Shown here: piece after piece, positions 60,913-64,000 of the stretch
Position numbering within the stretch: the first letter of the stretch is position 1
How the letters are laid out: every line of letters starts with the position of its first letter
DNA from: Paragordius varius
Lineage: Eukaryota; Animalia; Nematomorpha
Direction of reading: 5' to 3'
DNA: 64,000 nucleotides
Assembly (NCBI GenBank): GCA_964247055.1
Contig: OZ176055.1
Coordinates: forward strand, 9,610,001 to 9,674,000
Position numbers and translations under genes: made by a program
Notes under the pieces: model-generated
What the model saw: the letters and a program-made list of their open reading frames with translations, nothing else
The model's database searches: none
Told to the model about the DNA's origin: nothing

Positions 60913-63777
60913 TTTTTTTTCCTAGCCAAAATAATTATAAACTAACTGTTTTAATAGACATATAGTCAGAAATACCCACACTTGTGTTATCTTATGGTGG
61001 GTGGATATTTTACGCTTCAAAAAACCGTGTTAATAAATTAAAAATTACATAAATTTTTAGCAGGGGTACCCAATTAAAAATGACTTTGCGGGCCGCACTG
61101 AAAAACATATTACCATTGGTCGTTAACTAATTAAAAAACAACCGCTTACTAAACAAACAATGGTGTTAATTAAACACAATAGATATAATTTTAAATAATC
61201 TTTACCAGGGGTGTCCAATATTCGACGCTCCTTACTATTTTGTCCCGTTAAAAATGTGAATAACCAAACAAATATAAAACTCAATGATTTGCAAAAATTA
61301 TCTTACAAAATTTTAGTAAAATTAATATTATTGAATCTAATTTTCTGGTTAAATTCTTCCAGATTTTGCCGAATTGATGAAATAAATAATATATATTATA
61401 TATTGTATTTTCAGATCTTAAGAATCTTGTATTAAATATCTGATAAAATATTAATTATTGCGGATAATTTTTTAAATGCGACCAGCCTGTTTTTAGAGTC
61501 AAAAATACAGCCAGTGACGCTGTTTGTGTTAGGCTCCCTTAATATAGCCATTATTAATATTAAAATAGAATGATTCATTTATATTTTATTGAAAATTTTT
61601 AAATAACATTTTTTGCAGGCGGGAAAAATCCAGTAAAAATTGAAATTATACAGACAAAATGTAAAAATATAAAGACAAATATTTTTTTCTAAAAGACAAC
61701 CATACTTTATAAATCTCGATTTATATCAATATAACTTACTGTTGTAAATAGCAAAGTGTGAAATAGAGATATATAATACTAACACAATCAATTCTTTATT
61801 GTTTGATTGTAACTAAATAGCTTATATGGAAAACATTAAGGTTTTAAAAAGTATGGTTACCTTTTAGAAAAAAATATTTGTCTTTATATTTTAACGTTTT
61901 GTCCGTATAATTTCAATTTTTACGGTATTTTGGAATGCTGCGTGTTGGACACCCCTCGATAATAATAGAGTGCGTTTTAAAGGGTCGTGTCATTGTGAAA
62001 ACCGTTAATTTATGAAAGAGTTAATAATATTCACATATATAAAATACTTTGAATCAACTTGGAAATAAAATTCTTTATCGATCATCGGTTTCTCGTGGCA
62101 AGTGTTATTGAAGTGACATATAAAGTTTTGAACAAAATTGAATAGTCCACTTGATAAGAGGGCTTTGCTATCAAAATGACCTAAGCATTAAAAAACGCAA
62201 AATTATAATCCTTCTCTAAAATAAAAACTGATATGGGCAGCTGAAACTCAATGAAAAAAAGATACGCCGGTATATTAAATTTAAATTTAAATCTTTAGTT
62301 TTATTTTACAAATTTTTATAAAAATAACAGCTGTTTACTTTTAGGATTATTCTCCATCTGGCAATTTTGAATGTAAATATTCAAATTTTTTGAAAAAATT
62401 AAAATTAAGATTCTCATCAACATTTTTCCGCCGATTTTTTACAAAATTAATTTTCAAATAGCTAAAAATGGCATCTAATAAAATATTATGGTTGAAAAAA
62501 AATTAATTATATTTCAATAAATTCCCAACTATCAATATTAATCAGCTGTTTTTTAAAACAGATATGAGTGCTATTTAGATTTTGGACTTTAGAACAAAAT
62601 TGCATGAGTTTATAATTAAATACCGATAATATTTTTTACCACTAGATATCATCCAATGTAATCTTTTTTAACTAAACTCTTACCTTTTTTTTATAAATTT
62701 GAACCATTTTGATAAAATAAATATAATTTTTTGGCTCAATTGATAAGGCTCAGGTTCTTATTAAGGCATTTATAACAAACACACTCATCTCAATAAATGT
62801 GTGTCGATTTAAATACGAAAACTGAAATTATACGGACAAAACGATATAAAGACATATATTTTTTCTCAAATACAACCATACTTTTAAAATCTAGATTTAT
62901 AACAATATAACTCATCAATTTAACTGACAAAGTGTGAAATAGAGATATATATATAAGACTAACACAATTATATATTTTACAATTGTAACTAAATAGCTAG
63001 CTTATATAAGAAAAATTAAGGTTTTGAAAAGTATGGTTGTCTTTTAGTAAAAAAATATTTGTCTTTAAATTTTTACGTTTTATCCGTATAATTTCAATTT
63101 TTACTGTAAGTAATATGTGATTTTCTTTAATAGGACATACATTCTGATTGCATCATTGTTAATCCCTTTTCATTGCTTAAACGGATAAGGACAATAATGA
63201 ACACAAGAAAAAGCGGCCATAGAATATCAAAAAGTAGTCTAATCTATAAAAAATGTAAATTATTTTTTAATGTTAAATTAAATTAAATAATATTATCAAT
63301 TTATCCTAAATATGATAGAAACCTGTAAAATAAGGTAATATAAGATATTATTTAGTATTTATTTTTTAAAATTAAATCGACACAGTTTAGAGATTGTTTT
63401 TTTGTCTGGCCTAACCGTTGGTTATCTTTTTTTTCTTTTTTATTAAATCTAATTTAAATTCGACTTGTTGATCAAAGGTCAAACAAAATTAAGGACAAAA
63501 TGTGACTTTTAACAGTATGAGGCGTGATTTACACCGTTTTTTAAAAAGTGGGATGGATCCCTTTGGCTATTGAATGTTTAAAGAAAGGAAATCGTTAATT
63601 TGCCATCAGTAGATGAAAAAATAATCTCCAACATGTTTGATATTTAAAATATGTTGAATCTCTTTGATATAATCTCAAAAGCACATAAAAGAATATTTAG
63701 TATAATACCTTGTTTTTTTGGACCATTTTCATGTGTTTCCACATGAGCAGTAAGAATTGGTGAAGTTTTACGTTCAT
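39382..63777 (-). CDS. ABCA: Full-size ABCA-subfamily transporter (ABCA1/2/4/7-type), 33 exons, about 2590 aa
   Basis: Phase-consistent exons in transcription order: 63777-63709, 63243-63141, 62180-62048, 60736-60612, 60321-60221, 59855-59631, 59096-58847, 58353-58237, 57881-57546, 56984-56606, 56220-55776, 55365-54883, 54548-54358, 54006-53895, 53588-53381, 52954-52746, 52283-52244, 50657-50413, 50200-49975, 49893-49736, 49406-49264, 47842-46399, 46295-46204, 45407-45114, 44873-44610, 43885-43659, 41479-41261, 40898-40681, 40616-40466, 40338-40158, 39933-39795, 39711-39598, 39510-39382 (7770 nt). Motifs: [119 protein letters not shown]. Exact orthologue not determined. Confidence 0.93.
40972..41252. 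mobile_element. MITE family A
   Basis: TA|CAGTAAAAATTAAAATTATACGGACG...GTCCGTATAATTTCAG; occupies most of a 362-bp ABCA intron. Confidence 0.85.
41566..43271 (+). mobile_element. Rearranged pair of dead Mos1-like mariner elements
   Basis: + strand fragments [87 protein letters not shown]. 42100-42465 holds a second C-terminal copy on -. The right end CTTATCACTACAACTGG|TA resembles the left TGTAGTCATAA. Confidence 0.85.
43897..44135. mobile_element. MITE family A
   Basis: TA|CAGTAAAAATTGGAATTATACGGACAAAACG...GTCCGTATAATTTAGATTTTTACTG|TA. Confidence 0.85.
47911..48201. mobile_element. MITE family A
   Basis: TA|CAGTAATTTGAAATTATCGGGACAAAACG...GTCCGTATAATTTCAGTTTTAACTG|TA. Confidence 0.85.
48886..49169. 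mobile_element. MITE family A (core in opposite orientation)
   Basis: TA|CAGTAAAAATTGAAATTATACGGAC...CCGTATAATTTAAATTTTTACTG|TA. Confidence 0.88.
50861..52101. mobile_element. CAGTCATGTA-family MITE whose right TIR is interrupted by a nested element
   Basis: Left TIR CAGTCATGTATCCTTTATTT...AATGGGTATAAATATTT; right TIR split into AAATATTTATACCCATTTA (to 51036) and ...AAATAAAGGATACATGACT (to 52101). Confidence 0.7.
51037..52057. mobile_element. 1021-bp non-autonomous element, ~150-bp TIRs, TA-flanked
   Basis: TA|CAGTCATGTAGACTTTATTTTGTTAAAG...CTTTAACAAAATAAAGTCTACATGACTG|TA; the TIR extends through GAAGTGTGGGGAAGGGCG / CGCCCTTTCCCCACACTTC. Confidence 0.88.
52345..52743. mobile_element. MITE family B
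   Basis: CCATTTAC and 21-bp subterminal repeats; abuts the ABCA donor at 52745. Confidence 0.75.
54035..54323. mobile_element. MITE family B
   Basis: TA|CCATTTAC..AAATTCACCCTTGAAC...TTGG|TA; fills most of the 351-bp intron 54007-54357. Confidence 0.75.
58483..58829. mobile_element. MITE family B
   Basis: TA|CCATTTACAGTTCAAATTCACCC...GGGTGAATTCGAACTGTAAATGG|TA. Confidence 0.88.
59262..59612. mobile_element. MITE family B
   Basis: Five 21-bp units in the right arm ending AAATGG|TA; explains the spurious FKFTLEQ-repeat ORF. Confidence 0.8.
59940..60196. mobile_element. MITE family A
   Basis: CAGTAAAAATTGAAATTATACAGACAAAACG...TTTTGTCCGTAC..TTTTTACTG|TA. Confidence 0.8.
61206..61956. mobile_element. 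hAT-like element with a nested MITE-A (61631-61925)
   Basis: CAGGGGTGTCCAA at 61206 and TTGGACACCCCT at 61945-61956. A related fragment (CAGGGGTACC, GCGGGCCGCA) lies near 61061-61100. Confidence 0.55.
62812..63106. mobile_element. MITE family A
   Basis: GAAATTATACGGACAAAACG...TTTATCCGTATAATTTCAATTTTTACTG|TA. Confidence 0.82.
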
Positions 63778-64000
63778 TGTATAAAGTTATATCTTAGCAT
63801 TTTATCTCTAAATTTCCAGGAATAGATGTGGAATTACTCGTCATGGCTTTTTTATAAGTTAAAGATGTATGTATGTATAATTATAAGATAATAATATGTA
63901 TAGTATACATTTTAGAAACATATAAATATATATAATACATTGAGTGAAAATAATATGGAACGACTGACACAACCACATTATATTTTCACTAATTATAATT

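Overview
Strongly AT-rich, intron-rich eukaryotic (metazoan-like) DNA holding two complete convergent genes, both rebuilt by hand with GT-AG introns and matching phases. On +, a SIN3 corepressor gene spans 4317-39155 (37 exons, about 2510 aa, PAH2 split by a long acidic/basic insertion). On -, a full-size ABCA1-type transporter spans 63777-39382 (33 exons, about 2590 aa, enlarged ECD2, non-canonical NBD2 signature LSEGT). The two stop codons are 226 bp apart. Introns are packed with TA-flanked non-autonomous DNA transposons of several families, dead Mos1-like mariner relics and (TA)n tracts. The two most unusual signals are in SIN3. (1) A 4.2-kb foldback element (two ~2-kb inverted arms, TA-flanked, CAGT termini, internal ~118-bp subrepeats) sits in intron 22 and shares 17-bp ends with a ~200-bp hairpin MITE family. 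(2) Up to five intronic tandem arrays (four clear, one weakly aligned) have repeat units that copy the gene's own exon-intron junction, giving 14 extra copies of one splice donor and 6 extra copies of one acceptor. No rRNA, tRNA or CRISPR features were recognised. All exon calls and identities are by eye; no searches were run.
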